Shown: positions 19,233 through 29,416 of the stretch, in pieces
How the letters are laid out: each line of letters begins with the position of its first letter
Numbering within the stretch: the stretch's first letter is position 1
Assembly: GCA_938045315.1 (NCBI GenBank)
Contig: CALINM010000010.1
Location: 1 to 57,777, forward strand
DNA from: an uncultured bacterium
Lineage (GTDB): Bacteria > CALINM01
Length of the DNA stretch: 57,777 bases
Direction of reading: 5' to 3'
Program-made: the position numbers and the translations under genes
The notes under the pieces: generated by a model
Told to the model about the DNA's origin: nothing
Databases searched by the model: none
Seen by the model: the letters and a program-made list of their open reading frames with translations, nothing else

Positions 19233-19415
19233 TTATTTACCAAATAATACCTTTTTATAAACAAAGCATTGAACACACTTTACTGAAAAATAACTACTAC
19301 GAGATATAGTTTTTACTTTTGTATCATCTATACTTATCACAATATCAGAATCATTAGATATGTTTTCTACTTTTTCTATAACTATTGTTAATGGTGAGAA
19401 ATTTTGATAGAACAT
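19233..19415 (-). CDS. hypothetical small protein (60 aa, CxxC)
   Basis: ORF with a GGGTGA SD-like sequence 4 nt upstream of the ATG, co-oriented downstream of ubiE. It contains CVQC. I recognise no family. Confidence 0.3.
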   Translation of the reverse strand: MFYQNFSPLTIVIEKVENISNDSDIVISIDDTKVKTISRSSYFSVKCVQCFVYKKVLFGK

Positions 19416-19536
19416 TTTTCACCCACGAGAGTTGTTTTTTTGTTATCATACTTTCTTTTACACCTGCACCTTTATTAATTACTATTTTTTAAGAGCTGCT
19501 TATACTATACATTCAAAGTACTTGGATGAGTTAAAA

Positions 19537-20214
19537 TTAGAACTTATAAGCCTTATGGATGTAAACTGTACCAAAGCTCATGGATTTTTGTTCTATTCCC
19601 ATGAAGCCAGTTTTGATTAATAAATCGGAGAACTCATCGGTTGAAGGAAAATTACAAATAGAATTCCATAAATATTCGTAAGCCTCCTTCTCAGAAAATA
19701 AAGCTGCAATGTTTGGCAAAATATATTTCATGTAGAATGAATAAAAAATTTTAAAAGCTCCTGATGGCAATGAAAATTCAAGAATTACCGCCTTACCACC
19801 CTTTTTCAGAATTCTAAATATTTCTATCAAAGCCTTGTCAATGGAATGCATATTCCTTATACCAAAAGCACAGGTCACAGCATCAAAGGTCTCATCTTTA
19901 AAGGGAAGTTGATAACCTGAACCACAAAGGGGAAAAAATGATTTTTTAGAAAGCTTTTTTTTCGAAATTTTGATCATCTTTAGACTTAAATCCACACCAA
20001 CAACTTTAAATCCTTTTTTGATAATAACTTTAGCGCTATCACCTGTTCCTGTTGCTAAATCGCAAATAATACTTTTTATATCTAAAGGATATAGCGCATT
20101 CAACAGCTCTTTTCTCCAGCAGAAATCCAATCCCAAAGAAAGAAGGTGATTTAAAAAGTCATATTTATTGGCTATGTTATCAAACATAGCCTTAATATTA
20201 TGAGATTCCTGCAT
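19537..20214 (-). CDS. ubiE: demethylmenaquinone/ubiquinone C-methyltransferase (UbiE/MenG family)
   Basis: 225 aa. MFDNIANKYDFLNHLLSLGLDFCWRK and SAM motif DLATGTGD are typical of UbiE/MenG. Confidence 0.8.
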   Translation of the reverse strand: MQESHNIKAMFDNIANKYDFLNHLLSLGLDFCWRKELLNALYPLDIKSIICDLATGTGDSAKVIIKKGFKVVGVDLSLKMIKISKKKLSKKSFFPLCGSGYQLPFKDETFDAVTCAFGIRNMHSIDKALIEIFRILKKGGKAVILEFSLPSGAFKIFYSFYMKYILPNIAALFSEKEAYEYLWNSICNFPSTDEFSDLLIKTGFMGIEQKSMSFGTVYIHKAYKF

Positions 20215-20217
20215 TAA

Positions 20218-20655
20218 CTACACCTTCACAACCTCTTCAAGTTCTTCAGTATTGTTTTGTTCAATAACCTTTTTCGTTATTTCACTCATTTTACAGGTAC
20301 CATTAAAATAGGCACCTTCCTCAATTATAAGTGAAGGTGTAAAAATTTTTCCCTCCACGTCTGCATTATTTTTTAAAATTATCTTTTCGTTTGCAAGAAG
20401 CTCTCCCCGAAATTTGCCAGAAATAACGGCTTTAGCAACCCTACAAACCCCTTTAACAATACCATTTTCACCAAGCATTAATGTATCATTTCCTTCTACC
20501 TCTCCCTCCACTACGCCGTCAATTCTCAATGTGCCCTGAAAAATTATTTTACCTTTAAATTCTGTACCCATTCCCAGAAAAGTAAGCACCTCTACTGACT
20601 GTTTTGGTTTCTCGTTGTTTATACTAGCTTTGTCCTGTTTTTTTTGATTAAACAT
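20218..20655 (-). CDS. bactofilin-family cytoskeletal protein
   Basis: 145 aa. Repetitive beta-helix pattern ...GKIIFQGTLRIDGVVEGEVEG...ISGKFRGELLANEKIILKNNADVEGKI... Confidence 0.8.
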   Translation of the reverse strand: MFNQKKQDKASINNEKPKQSVEVLTFLGMGTEFKGKIIFQGTLRIDGVVEGEVEGNDTLMLGENGIVKGVCRVAKAVISGKFRGELLANEKIILKNNADVEGKIFTPSLIIEEGAYFNGTCKMSEITKKVIEQNNTEELEEVVKV

Positions 20656-20667
20656 TTCGAACTCCTT

Positions 20668-21639
20668 TTAAAATTTTGCAATATATTCTCCCACAACATA
20701 ATTTTTTGAGTTTTTAACTGTTAAATGCCAGTATTTTTTTAATGCTTCAAACTCATTTTCCCTGATCCATTCAATTTTTTTTAAAATATAAAGTAACATC
20801 AAGTACATGGGTTTCACACTTCCATCCTCTATTTTCAACGCCAGCCCCTCTTTTGTGATATTGTTAAAACCAGCATATACGCCATCAGCACCTATCTTAA
20901 TAAAAATTCGACCATTGGTTAATTCTATGATTTCAGAACATAATCTATCGTTACCTGCTATCATCAGGGGGTGTTTTATGACAGATTTAATTAATTTCAA
21001 AAGATAAGGTTCGTTTGAAATGGAAAGGTTTTTATAACCTACCGCAAGATTTTTAAGGGGCATAAAAAAAACAGGAGCTCCACAGCCATCAACTACAGTT
21101 TTTATCTGATTTTCTTCCATCTCGGTAAATTGTGACACGGTTCTTAAAATTTCTTTCTGGAATGGATGCTCAAAGTGGAGATAGTTTTCAAGGCTATATT
21201 TTTTAGCCTTACAGGCAAGGAGCATTCCTGCATGTTTTGCCGAGCAATTATGATATATTGCAAGGGGTGGTTGACCTTCTTTTTTTAATTTTTCTGCAGT
21301 TGCTTTATGGCTTGGGTACTGTATACCACATTGAAGAAAGCTTTCATCCAAACCACCTTTGTTAAGAATGCTTCTTACTATCTCAACCTGAAAAGGTTCA
21401 GCGTTTATCGAACCAGTTAGTATGGCAACTTCTTTGTCATTCAGTCCGAAATGTTCAACTATACCTGCTCTTAAAGCGGTTATTGCCTGAAATGGCTTGG
21501 CAGACGATCTGAGACATGTTAGAAAGTTTATGTCTCCCCTTTCAAAGATGGTATTCCCCTCTTTATCTACTAAAACTATGTGAAATCTGTGAATACATTC
21601 TGGATACCCTCCTCGAGTAACTATAACCATTGCTTCCAT
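20668..21639 (-). CDS. asparaginase (Asparaginase_II family)
   Basis: About 323 aa. N-terminus TRGGYPECIHRFHIVLVD, plus RSSAKPFQA and NCSAKHAGML. Start set at ATG 21639; TTG 21645 in the track overlaps the alaS stop. Confidence 0.75.
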   Translation of the reverse strand: MEAMVIVTRGGYPECIHRFHIVLVDKEGNTIFERGDINFLTCLRSSAKPFQAITALRAGIVEHFGLNDKEVAILTGSINAEPFQVEIVRSILNKGGLDESFLQCGIQYPSHKATAEKLKKEGQPPLAIYHNCSAKHAGMLLACKAKKYSLENYLHFEHPFQKEILRTVSQFTEMEENQIKTVVDGCGAPVFFMPLKNLAVGYKNLSISNEPYLLKLIKSVIKHPLMIAGNDRLCSEIIELTNGRIFIKIGADGVYAGFNNITKEGLALKIEDGSVKPMYLMLLYILKKIEWIRENEFEALKKYWHLTVKNSKNYVVGEYIAKF

Positions 21640-21641
21640 AC

Positions 21642-24269
21642 TCAACTTTGCTCCATTGTACGGAAAAAAACATCCATTACATCTTTTGAATTAATATCGC
21701 ATGAAAAGCCACCCTGAGCTAATCCTTTTTTCCCACCACCCCTGCCACCAACTGATTTCATTATAGTCTGCAGTATTTTACCAGCATCATACTTCTCTGT
21801 AAGCTCATGGGGGACAAAGAGAAGACAGCCTTTTTTTTCTTCCATCAAACCAATTATAAATATTATCGAATTATGATGCTTATTTTTAACATTATCTAAA
21901 ACAGCCCTCATTTCATCACTATCATTTACCTTTATCTCCACTGTAACTACGCTAATACCACTGGGTAATTTTTTTTCCTTCAACCCCTCCTCAAGTTCAT
22001 ATTTTAAAAGCCTTGTTCGTAAATATTCAACTTCACTTTCAAGTTCTTTCTCCCTCTTCAATATTTTTTCTAATTTTGTTTCCAGTTCTAAAGGATTGCT
22101 TTTAAGCATATTCGCAAATTTTTCAACTAATCTCTCTTTTTCTTTTACAAATCTAAGTCCCGCTAACCCTGCGCAGGCCTCTATGCGTCTTATACCTGAT
22201 GCAACACTTTCCTCAGAAACAATCTTAAAAACACCAATATTGCCTGTATATTTCTGGTGAGTTCCCCCACATAATTCTTTACTCACTCCCTCTATTTCCA
22301 CCAGTCTAACAACATCCCCATATTTTTCACCAAAGATTGCCATTGCACCCCTTTTTATTGCTTCATCATAGGGCAAAAAACTAATTTCTACTTTTCTATT
22401 CTCCCTGATCCACTGGTTTATAATCTCCTCAATATTATCTAATTCTTCCCCTGTAACCTGTGTAAAATGCGTAAAATCGAATCTCAATCTTTCGGGGGTA
22501 ACCAAGCTTCCAGCCTGTTTTACATGAGAACCAAGTATTTTCTGTAAAGCTGCCTGAAGCAGGTGGGTAGCAGTATGATGTGACATTGTGTTATCTCGTA
22601 AATCATCTTTAACCCTTAAAATGCATAAGGTCCCTTCTTTTACTATCCCCTTAATAACTTTTCCCCGATGAATTATTAAATCATTAAATTTTTTTGTATC
22701 CTTCACTTCAAAGATGAAATTTTTCGATTCAATAGTACCCACATCCCCAACCTGTCCACCCGATTCACCATAAAATGGGGTTTTATCTGTTATAATTTCT
22801 CCTTCTTCACCTTCCATAATTTCCCTTGTTATAGATCCATTTTGTATCAGTTTTATTATCTTTCCTTCGCCCATAAGGGAGTCATACCCAATGAAGCTCA
22901 CTTTTATTTCCTGTGAAAGCATTTTATAAAGGGTATCTATCGCTTCTTCTTCACCTTTCCAGTGTTTTCTTGCATTTTCCCTTTGTTTCTCCATACATTT
23001 TTCAAACTCTTCCATGTTGACCTGTATTTGTTGTTCCCTTAATATGTCTTGAGTAAGATCAATAGGAAATCCGTAAGTATCGTATAATTTAAAGGCAATC
23101 TCTCCCGAAAAGACCTTTTCTCCCTTAAGCTTCATCTTTTCCAGATGCTCATTAAGTATTTTTAATCCACTATCAAGTGTTTCAAAGAAGCGTTCCTCTT
23201 CATTTAATACAACCTTTTTTACTAGCTCTCTCGAATCAATAAGTTCAGGATACGCATCTTTCATAACATTTACTACCTCTTCTGTAAGATTAAAAAGTAT
23301 TGGTTTATCAAAACCAAGCATTTTTACATGTCTTATCGCCCTGCGCATTATTCTCCGTAAAACATATCCTCTACCTTCGTTTGAGGGAAAGACACCATCG
23401 GAAATAAGAAAGGTCATTGCCCGAATATGGTCAGCTATAACTCTCAAATGAATATCTACCTTTCTTTCTTTACCATACTCAACCTTTGCAATACTTGCCA
23501 TCTTTTCTATATAGGGGAATAAAAGATCTGTCTCAAAATTGGTCTTTTTTCCCTGTATAATTGCCGTTATCCTTTCGAGACCCATACCAGTATCTATACT
23601 TGGATTGGGTAGCGGCTGGAGAGTACCATCTTTCAATTTATTGTATTGCATAAACACCAGGTTCCATAACTCAAGAAATCTGTCACAATCACAACCGATC
23701 TTGCAATCCTTACTTCCACATCCTACATCTTCTCCCTGATCGATAATTATCTCAGAACAGGGGCCACATGGACCCTCATCACCCATTGCCCAAAAATTAT
23801 CCTTTTCTCCAAGCCTAACTATTCTATCTGGTTTGACATCCGCTACTTTTTGCCAGAGCTCAAAGGCTTCATCATCATCCTTGTAAATTGTTACCCACAA
23901 TTTTTCCTTTGGTAGTCCCATTTCTCGTGTTAAAAAATCCCAACCATAAAAGATTGCTTCTCTTTTAAAGTAATCTCCAAAAGAAAAATTACCTAACATT
24001 TCAAAAAATGTATGGTGTCTTGCTGTGTATCCTACATTTTCAAGGTCGTTATGCTTCCCCCCTGCTCTAACACATTTCTGAACACTGCACGCCCTTTTGT
24101 ATGGCCTTTTCTCAATACCAAGAAAACAATCTTTAAATTGGTTCATACCTGCATTAGTGAAAAGAAGAGTGGGGTCATTTTTGGGTACAAGGCTTGAACT
24201 TTTTACTACTTGATGATGATGTCCTGCAAAATAATCAAGAAATTTTTTCCTAATCTCACTACCTTTCAT
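21642..24269 (-). CDS. alaS: alanine--tRNA ligase
   Basis: About 875 aa. IRKKFLDYFAGHHHQVV, FTNAGMNQFK, editing-domain HHTATHLL and CGGTH. Start ATG 24269 forms an ATGA overlap with the recX stop. Confidence 0.95.
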   Translation of the reverse strand: MKGSEIRKKFLDYFAGHHHQVVKSSSLVPKNDPTLLFTNAGMNQFKDCFLGIEKRPYKRACSVQKCVRAGGKHNDLENVGYTARHHTFFEMLGNFSFGDYFKREAIFYGWDFLTREMGLPKEKLWVTIYKDDDEAFELWQKVADVKPDRIVRLGEKDNFWAMGDEGPCGPCSEIIIDQGEDVGCGSKDCKIGCDCDRFLELWNLVFMQYNKLKDGTLQPLPNPSIDTGMGLERITAIIQGKKTNFETDLLFPYIEKMASIAKVEYGKERKVDIHLRVIADHIRAMTFLISDGVFPSNEGRGYVLRRIMRRAIRHVKMLGFDKPILFNLTEEVVNVMKDAYPELIDSRELVKKVVLNEEERFFETLDSGLKILNEHLEKMKLKGEKVFSGEIAFKLYDTYGFPIDLTQDILREQQIQVNMEEFEKCMEKQRENARKHWKGEEEAIDTLYKMLSQEIKVSFIGYDSLMGEGKIIKLIQNGSITREIMEGEEGEIITDKTPFYGESGGQVGDVGTIESKNFIFEVKDTKKFNDLIIHRGKVIKGIVKEGTLCILRVKDDLRDNTMSHHTATHLLQAALQKILGSHVKQAGSLVTPERLRFDFTHFTQVTGEELDNIEEIINQWIRENRKVEISFLPYDEAIKRGAMAIFGEKYGDVVRLVEIEGVSKELCGGTHQKYTGNIGVFKIVSEESVASGIRRIEACAGLAGLRFVKEKERLVEKFANMLKSNPLELETKLEKILKREKELESEVEYLRTRLLKYELEEGLKEKKLPSGISVVTVEIKVNDSDEMRAVLDNVKNKHHNSIIFIIGLMEEKKGCLLFVPHELTEKYDAGKILQTIMKSVGGRGGGKKGLAQGGFSCDINSKDVMDVFFRTMEQS

Positions 24270-24742
24270 AGTTCTGACCATCCTTTTAAAAATTCTGTTA
24301 TGTCTTCTGCCATAAATCCCTTGCTTAAAAGGTAATTATACATTTTTCTGAAGGTTTTTAAATCCCTAATTTTTTCATTACCCATTCTCTTTAAATACCA
24401 CTTTTTTAAATCTCTGTCATCATATTTAACATCAATATTTGTGCAGGAGAATCCCCTTTTTGTTAGATAATTATAAATATAGCGAGGGCCATAACCTTTA
24501 GCTTTAAGTTGTTCTATGACAATTTGAGAATTTTTTCTATCGTTCAAATAATCATAATACTTTAGTTTTTTCATTACTTTTTCAATGTTATCAGTATCCT
24601 GTGAATATTTTTTTTGAAGCTTTGTTAAAAGCTCCCTCTCTGAATAAATGCGCTTGCTCAAAAGAAAGCAAGCATAATCCCAGATTAGAATCTCTCGATC
24701 TTTGCTGGAGATTCCTCTTCTGTTTGAGCTTCTTTCTGCCAT
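24266..24742 (-). CDS. recX: RecA regulator RecX
   Basis: 158 aa, basic, helical-repeat protein in the recA operon immediately upstream of alaS. YSERELLTKL...KYGYGPRYI-type repeats. The listed start overlaps the pilT 3' end by 58 nt, so the start is uncertain. Confidence 0.7.
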   Translation of the reverse strand: MAERSSNRRGISSKDREILIWDYACFLLSKRIYSERELLTKLQKKYSQDTDNIEKVMKKLKYYDYLNDRKNSQIVIEQLKAKGYGPRYIYNYLTKRGFSCTNIDVKYDDRDLKKWYLKRMGNEKIRDLKTFRKMYNYLLSKGFMAEDITEFLKGWSEL

Positions 24743-25842
24743 TGAGTTTTATCTGAAGAGGTATCAATACCACTCATTGCAAGGGCAAAATCTGAGGGAC
24801 TTGTGGCATTTTTTAGACCCTCTTCATAGGTTATAAGTTTTTTCTTACAGAGGTCAAGAAGGCTTTGATCAAAGGTTTGCATACCATATACTGAATGTCC
24901 TTCAGAAATTGCTTGTCTTATTAACTTTGTTTTGTCTGGATCTTCTATATATTCTTTGATCCTGTTTGTGGCAATCAATATCTCCACAGCGGGAACTCTT
25001 CCCTTACCATCAATCCTTGGGACAAGCCTTTGTGATATTACTGCCTTTAATGTGGATGCAAGCTGGTATCTAATCTGCTGCTGTTGATGGGGTGGAAAAA
25101 TTCCAATTATTCTATTTACCGTCTCAGTTGCATCTAAAGTATGAAGGGTACTTAAAACTAAATGTCCAGTCTCTGCCGCAGTAAGAGCAATCTCAATGGT
25201 TTCCATATCTCTCATTTCACCTACAAAGATAACATCAGGATCCTGTCTTAAAGCTGCTCTTAATGCATTACTAAAGGATAGGGTATCAAAACCAACCTCC
25301 CTTTGATTAATGAGGCATTTGTGATCTCTGAAAAGAAACTCAATAGGATCTTCAATTGTTATTATATTATAGTTAAAATTATTGTTCATGAAATCAATCA
25401 TAGATGCAAGGGTAGTAGATTTACCTGAACCTGTGGTCCCTGTAACAAGTATTAGCCCTCTTCTTTCACAGGCTATTTTTTCAAGAATCGTAGGCAAATT
25501 TAATTCTCTGATAGTTTTTATATTAAATGGGATTGCTCTCATGACAGCACATGGTGAGCCTCTTTGTTTATAAAGATTGACTCTGAATCTTCCAACACCG
25601 GGGACACTATAGGCAAAATCTAAATCCATTCTTTTGTTAAATTCTTCTTTTTGTTTTTCTGTGAGCATGCTAAAAAGCATCTCACTTGCTTCTTGAAAGT
25701 TTAAAACTGGAGCATTCTTCAAACTCGTTAGCCTTTCATCAATTCTAAAAATTGGAGCTTTACCTGGTTTTAAATGCACATCAGAAGCCCCAATTTTGAC
25801 GGCAATTTTCAAAATTTCATCAAGCTTATCTTTTGAGCTCAA
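24685..25842 (-). CDS. pilT: type IV pilus retraction ATPase PilT
   Basis: 385 aa. ASDVHL N-terminal motif, Walker [11 protein letters not shown], Asp box/Walker [11 protein letters not shown] and His box LVLSTLHT. The TTG start overlaps the recA stop (GTTGA). Confidence 0.88.
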   Translation of the reverse strand: MSSKDKLDEILKIAVKIGASDVHLKPGKAPIFRIDERLTSLKNAPVLNFQEASEMLFSMLTEKQKEEFNKRMDLDFAYSVPGVGRFRVNLYKQRGSPCAVMRAIPFNIKTIRELNLPTILEKIACERRGLILVTGTTGSGKSTTLASMIDFMNNNFNYNIITIEDPIEFLFRDHKCLINQREVGFDTLSFSNALRAALRQDPDVIFVGEMRDMETIEIALTAAETGHLVLSTLHTLDATETVNRIIGIFPPHQQQQIRYQLASTLKAVISQRLVPRIDGKGRVPAVEILIATNRIKEYIEDPDKTKLIRQAISEGHSVYGMQTFDQSLLDLCKKKLITYEEGLKNATSPSDFALAMSGIDTSSDKTQWQKEAQTEEESPAKIERF

Positions 25843-26849
25843 CTTTCACTCCTTTTTTGAAGCCCGTATTTTTCAAAAATTATATTTTCAATCTCAACAA
25901 GCCTATCAGGATGTTCTTTTAAGTATTGTTTTGCATTTTCTTTACCCTGACCTATTCTTTCGCCCTTATATGAGTACCAGGCTCCACTTTTTTCTATAAT
26001 CCCAAGTTCTGACCCTATGTCTATAACTTCTCCTTCCCTCGAAATCCCCACACCGTAAAGAATATCAAATTCCGCCTCTCTAAAAGGTGGTGCTACTTTA
26101 TTTTTTACAATCTTAACCTTTGTCCTTGTTCCAATTTTATCATTACCCTCTTTTATAGGTCCTACAGGTCTTATATCCATTCTCACTGAAGCATAAAATT
26201 TCAAAGCATAACCACCCGTTGTTGTTTCTGGATTGCCAAAAAATACTCCTATTTTCATACGAATCTGGTTTGTAAAAATGACTGTAGTTCCTGATTTTGA
26301 TATATTTGCTGTCAATTTCCTGAGTGCTTGAGACATAAGCCTTGCCTGAAGGCCCATATGGGCATCACCCATTTCTCCCTCAATTTCTGCCTTAGGGACT
26401 AAAGCAGCAACAGAATCTATTACAATAACATCTACTGCATTACTTCTAACTAAGTAATCTGCTATTTCTAATGCCTGTTCCCCAGTATCGGGCTGAGATA
26501 TTAAAAGGTCATCAGTGTTAACCCCCAAAGAGCGTGCATAGTTAACATCAAGAGCATGTTCGGCATCGATGAATGCTGCAATTCCACCTTTCTTCTGGGC
26601 TTCTGCAATGATGTGAAGACACAAAGTTGTTTTGCCAGATGATTCTGGACCATAAATTTCAATAATCCTGCCCCTTGGTACACCACCAACACCCAAGGCA
26701 ACATCTAAACCAATAGATCCAGTGGATATAACATCTATTGCTTCCTGTTTTTTCTCACCCAATCTCATTATGGAACCTTTTCCAAACTGTTTTTCTATTT
26801 GAGAAAGGGTTATCTCCAGAGCTTTTGCTTTCTGATTATCTATAACCAT
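25839..26849 (-). CDS. recA: recombinase RecA
   Basis: 336 aa. [15 protein letters not shown], Walker [10 protein letters not shown] and the L2 region [20 protein letters not shown]. Confidence 0.97.
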   Translation of the reverse strand: MVIDNQKAKALEITLSQIEKQFGKGSIMRLGEKKQEAIDVISTGSIGLDVALGVGGVPRGRIIEIYGPESSGKTTLCLHIIAEAQKKGGIAAFIDAEHALDVNYARSLGVNTDDLLISQPDTGEQALEIADYLVRSNAVDVIVIDSVAALVPKAEIEGEMGDAHMGLQARLMSQALRKLTANISKSGTTVIFTNQIRMKIGVFFGNPETTTGGYALKFYASVRMDIRPVGPIKEGNDKIGTRTKVKIVKNKVAPPFREAEFDILYGVGISREGEVIDIGSELGIIEKSGAWYSYKGERIGQGKENAKQYLKEHPDRLVEIENIIFEKYGLQKRSES

Positions 26850-26932
26850 ATTAACCCCCTGTTTTTAAATTAAATTTTATCTTTTTTGCTTTAAATTGTC
26901 TATAATAAGATGAGAAAGAAAAACATGTGGGG

Positions 26933-26961
26933 TTGACAAACCCAAAGTCGTAGATTATATT
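26933..26961 (+). promoter_or_regulatory. sigma70-type promoter of rpoH
   Basis: Consensus -35 TTGACA (26933-26938), a 17-nt spacer, and -10 TATATT (26956-26961). Confidence 0.6.
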
Positions 26962-26965
26962 AAAA

Positions 26966-26992
26966 TTAGCACTCTAATACTTTAAGTGCTAA
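26966..26992. promoter_or_regulatory. CIRCE operator (HrcA binding site)
   Basis: TTAGCACTC-N9-AAGTGCTAA against the consensus TTAGCACTC-N9-GAGTGCTAA (one mismatch). It starts 5 nt after the -10 and ends 16 nt before the rpoH start codon. Confidence 0.75.
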
Positions 26993-27008
26993 TTTTAGGA
27001 GGCTAAAT

Positions 27009-27866
27009 TTGACAAAAGAAATACAGGTTTATAAACCAACAGAATTAGAGCTTTATCTTAAGGAGATTCAATCTTACCCTGTATTGACGCCAGAGGAAGA
27101 AAGAAGAATTGCTATCAAATATTATGAAACTAAAGATTTAGATTTAGCTAAAACTCTTGTTACTGCTAATTTGAGATTTGTAGTTAAAATAGCCAACGAA
27201 TATTCTGGATATGGCTTTAACATTATGGATCTTATACAGGAAGGTACAATTGGATTAATGATGGCTGTTAAAAAATTCAATCCCTACAAAAACTACAGAC
27301 TAATATCTTATGCTGTTTGGTGGATCAGGGCTTATATTCAGGCATATATAATGAATAATTACAGTCTAATAAAAGTCGGTACTACTCAAAACCAAAGAAA
27401 ACTCTTTTATAATTTAGGTAAAATAAAAAGAGAATTGGAACAAAAAAATATTGAAGGTCCTACCATAGAGGCAATAGCAGAAATTCTTGACGTTAAACCT
27501 GTGGAAGTTTCCGAAATGGAAATGAGACTTTCTGGTAGAGATTTTTCCTTAGAATACACAAATTACGATAGTGATCAGCAACTTCTTGATATTATACCAG
27601 ATACCAGAGAAAATTATGTAGAAAAAATAGAAGAAGAAGATGAGAAGATCCACAATGCAAAACTTATAAAAGAAGCCTTATCAAAACTCACTGAAAAAGA
27701 AAGATATGTAATAGAAAAAAGGATCCTCGATGAGAACCCAAAGACCTTGCAGGAAATAGGAGATGACCTGGGGATTACAAGAGAGAGGGTAAGACAAATA
27801 GAAGAAAAGGCTTTAAAAAAGCTAAAACTTTTACTTTCTGAAAAACAAGATCTTATTATAAACTGA
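27009..27866 (+). CDS. rpoH: heat-shock sigma factor RpoH (sigma-32)-like
   Basis: 285 aa. TTG start 7 nt after an AGGAGG SD. Region 2 LIQEGTIGLMMAVKKFNP, an RpoH-box-like QNQRKLFYNL, and region 4 LQEIGDDLGITRERVRQIE. Confidence 0.8.
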   Translation: MTKEIQVYKPTELELYLKEIQSYPVLTPEEERRIAIKYYETKDLDLAKTLVTANLRFVVKIANEYSGYGFNIMDLIQEGTIGLMMAVKKFNPYKNYRLISYAVWWIRAYIQAYIMNNYSLIKVGTTQNQRKLFYNLGKIKRELEQKNIEGPTIEAIAEILDVKPVEVSEMEMRLSGRDFSLEYTNYDSDQQLLDIIPDTRENYVEKIEEEDEKIHNAKLIKEALSKLTEKERYVIEKRILDENPKTLQEIGDDLGITRERVRQIEEKALKKLKLLLSEKQDLIIN

Positions 27867-27889
27867 TTTTTTTTATATACTATTTTTTA

Positions 27890-29416
27890 ATGAACCCTGC
27901 CCTAAAGAAGATCATAATAATTTTTTTGCTTTTAATTCCCAGACAGCTTTTATCTCAGGAGGTAATAACTACCATTACAAACAGAATTACAAAAATAAGT
28001 ATACAATTTAACACAGAAAACCCCATAAAAAGCCCCCCTATCTTTTTATATCCGGAAAATAGTGTGATTATAAATCAGATTTTGAAAACCAATTTCAAAG
28101 GTACTTACTCAAACAAATTAGATCTATATTGTATATTTGAAAAGGAGGGTAAATATGAATTAGGTCCCTTTGTGTTTTATGACTCCATGGGTAATTCAGT
28201 GTCAATAAATAAAATTATTATTGATGTAAAAGGAAAAGAAAATATCATCTTCAAAGAAGTAAAATCAAACATACAAGAGGCACCACCAAAATTTTATACT
28301 TTGTTGTCCCATAAGTATTTTTATCCATTTATGCCTGCTTATTTAATAATAGATGTTCCTGCATCAACTGAAGAATTATTATTTTACTGGCCTGGATGGA
28401 AAAGTGTAATAATAGATAAAGTAGAAGAAAAAATAAAAAAAGATGGTAGAAAGGAAATTATTTTTTCTGCAATTTTTACAAAAGCTGGAAAATACAATTT
28501 AGCTCCTCTTAAAATTTCTATAAAAAATTCTTCCCATAAGGAGCTCGTTTTTTCTACAAGTGTGTTAAATTTTGATGTAAAAGAAATTGATAAAGATAGT
28601 AGTGACAATTTTTTTATAGGTGATTTTTCAATAAAGTTGAATTCCCTTTCAACTACTGAGAAAAATATAGTTAATATTGAAGTTGTTATTATGGGAACAA
28701 GTTTTCTGGAACAGATCATGCCACTAAACATAGATGTAACACCATCAACTGAGGTTTTTTTGAAAGAAGAAAAAAAGGAATATTTAAGCAAGTTTCCTGA
28801 ATATAGCGGTTCATATACACTATCGTATTTTTTTGTACCCCCTAAAGAAGGAATGTATACAATTAAAATTCCCACAATAAAAATATTCAAACCCAATAGC
28901 AATGTCTTCATGAATCTTTCATCAATTACAAAAACTATAAAGGTGCATTTACCAAGTAACCTACAATCAAAAGAAAGTGAAGATTTTCAAAAAAATTTAA
29001 ATATTAGAATTCGTCCCGATTATGATTTTTACTTTTTTTTGGGGTTTTTTATATTTATAACCCTATTGACTGTTATTTTATATTTTAGGACTAAAAAGGA
29101 TGTTGATAAAAAGAAATTTTTGCCTGCAGTTACTGAAAATAATATAAATTTATCTTCAATTCAACGATCTATTTTAAAAGCCCTGGAAAATATTACCACC
29201 GAAGAGCTCTTAACCGCTTCTCCTTCAAAAATAAAAGATGCCCTTGATAGAACTTTTCTTTCCCCAGAATTAAAAGATGAAATACTCACATGGCTGAATG
29301 AAGCTTACAAAATGCTATACATTAAAAGAATTGAGAATAAAGAGCTCATTTTACAGGGTTTAAATTTACTAAAAAAAATAGCTACGGCAACAGATGAGTC
29401 AAAAAATATGCCTTAA
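27890..29416 (+). CDS. hypothetical membrane-anchored exported protein (BatD-like architecture)
   Basis: 508 aa. N-terminal signal peptide, a long beta-rich ectodomain, a single TM (FFLGFFIFITLLTVILYF) and a roughly 110-aa cytoplasmic tail. The family assignment is tentative. Confidence 0.5.
   Translation: MNPALKKIIIIFLLLIPRQLLSQEVITTITNRITKISIQFNTENPIKSPPIFLYPENSVIINQILKTNFKGTYSNKLDLYCIFEKEGKYELGPFVFYDSMGNSVSINKIIIDVKGKENIIFKEVKSNIQEAPPKFYTLLSHKYFYPFMPAYLIIDVPASTEELLFYWPGWKSVIIDKVEEKIKKDGRKEIIFSAIFTKAGKYNLAPLKISIKNSSHKELVFSTSVLNFDVKEIDKDSSDNFFIGDFSIKLNSLSTTEKNIVNIEVVIMGTSFLEQIMPLNIDVTPSTEVFLKEEKKEYLSKFPEYSGSYTLSYFFVPPKEGMYTIKIPTIKIFKPNSNVFMNLSSITKTIKVHLPSNLQSKESEDFQKNLNIRIRPDYDFYFFLGFFIFITLLTVILYFRTKKDVDKKKFLPAVTENNINLSSIQRSILKALENITTEELLTASPSKIKDALDRTFLSPELKDEILTWLNEAYKMLYIKRIENKELILQGLNLLKKIATATDESKNMP

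Noticed and set aside
19432-19620. 62-aa plus-strand ORF
   Set aside because: It overlaps the ubiE 3' end antisense, has low-complexity sequence, and has no SD.
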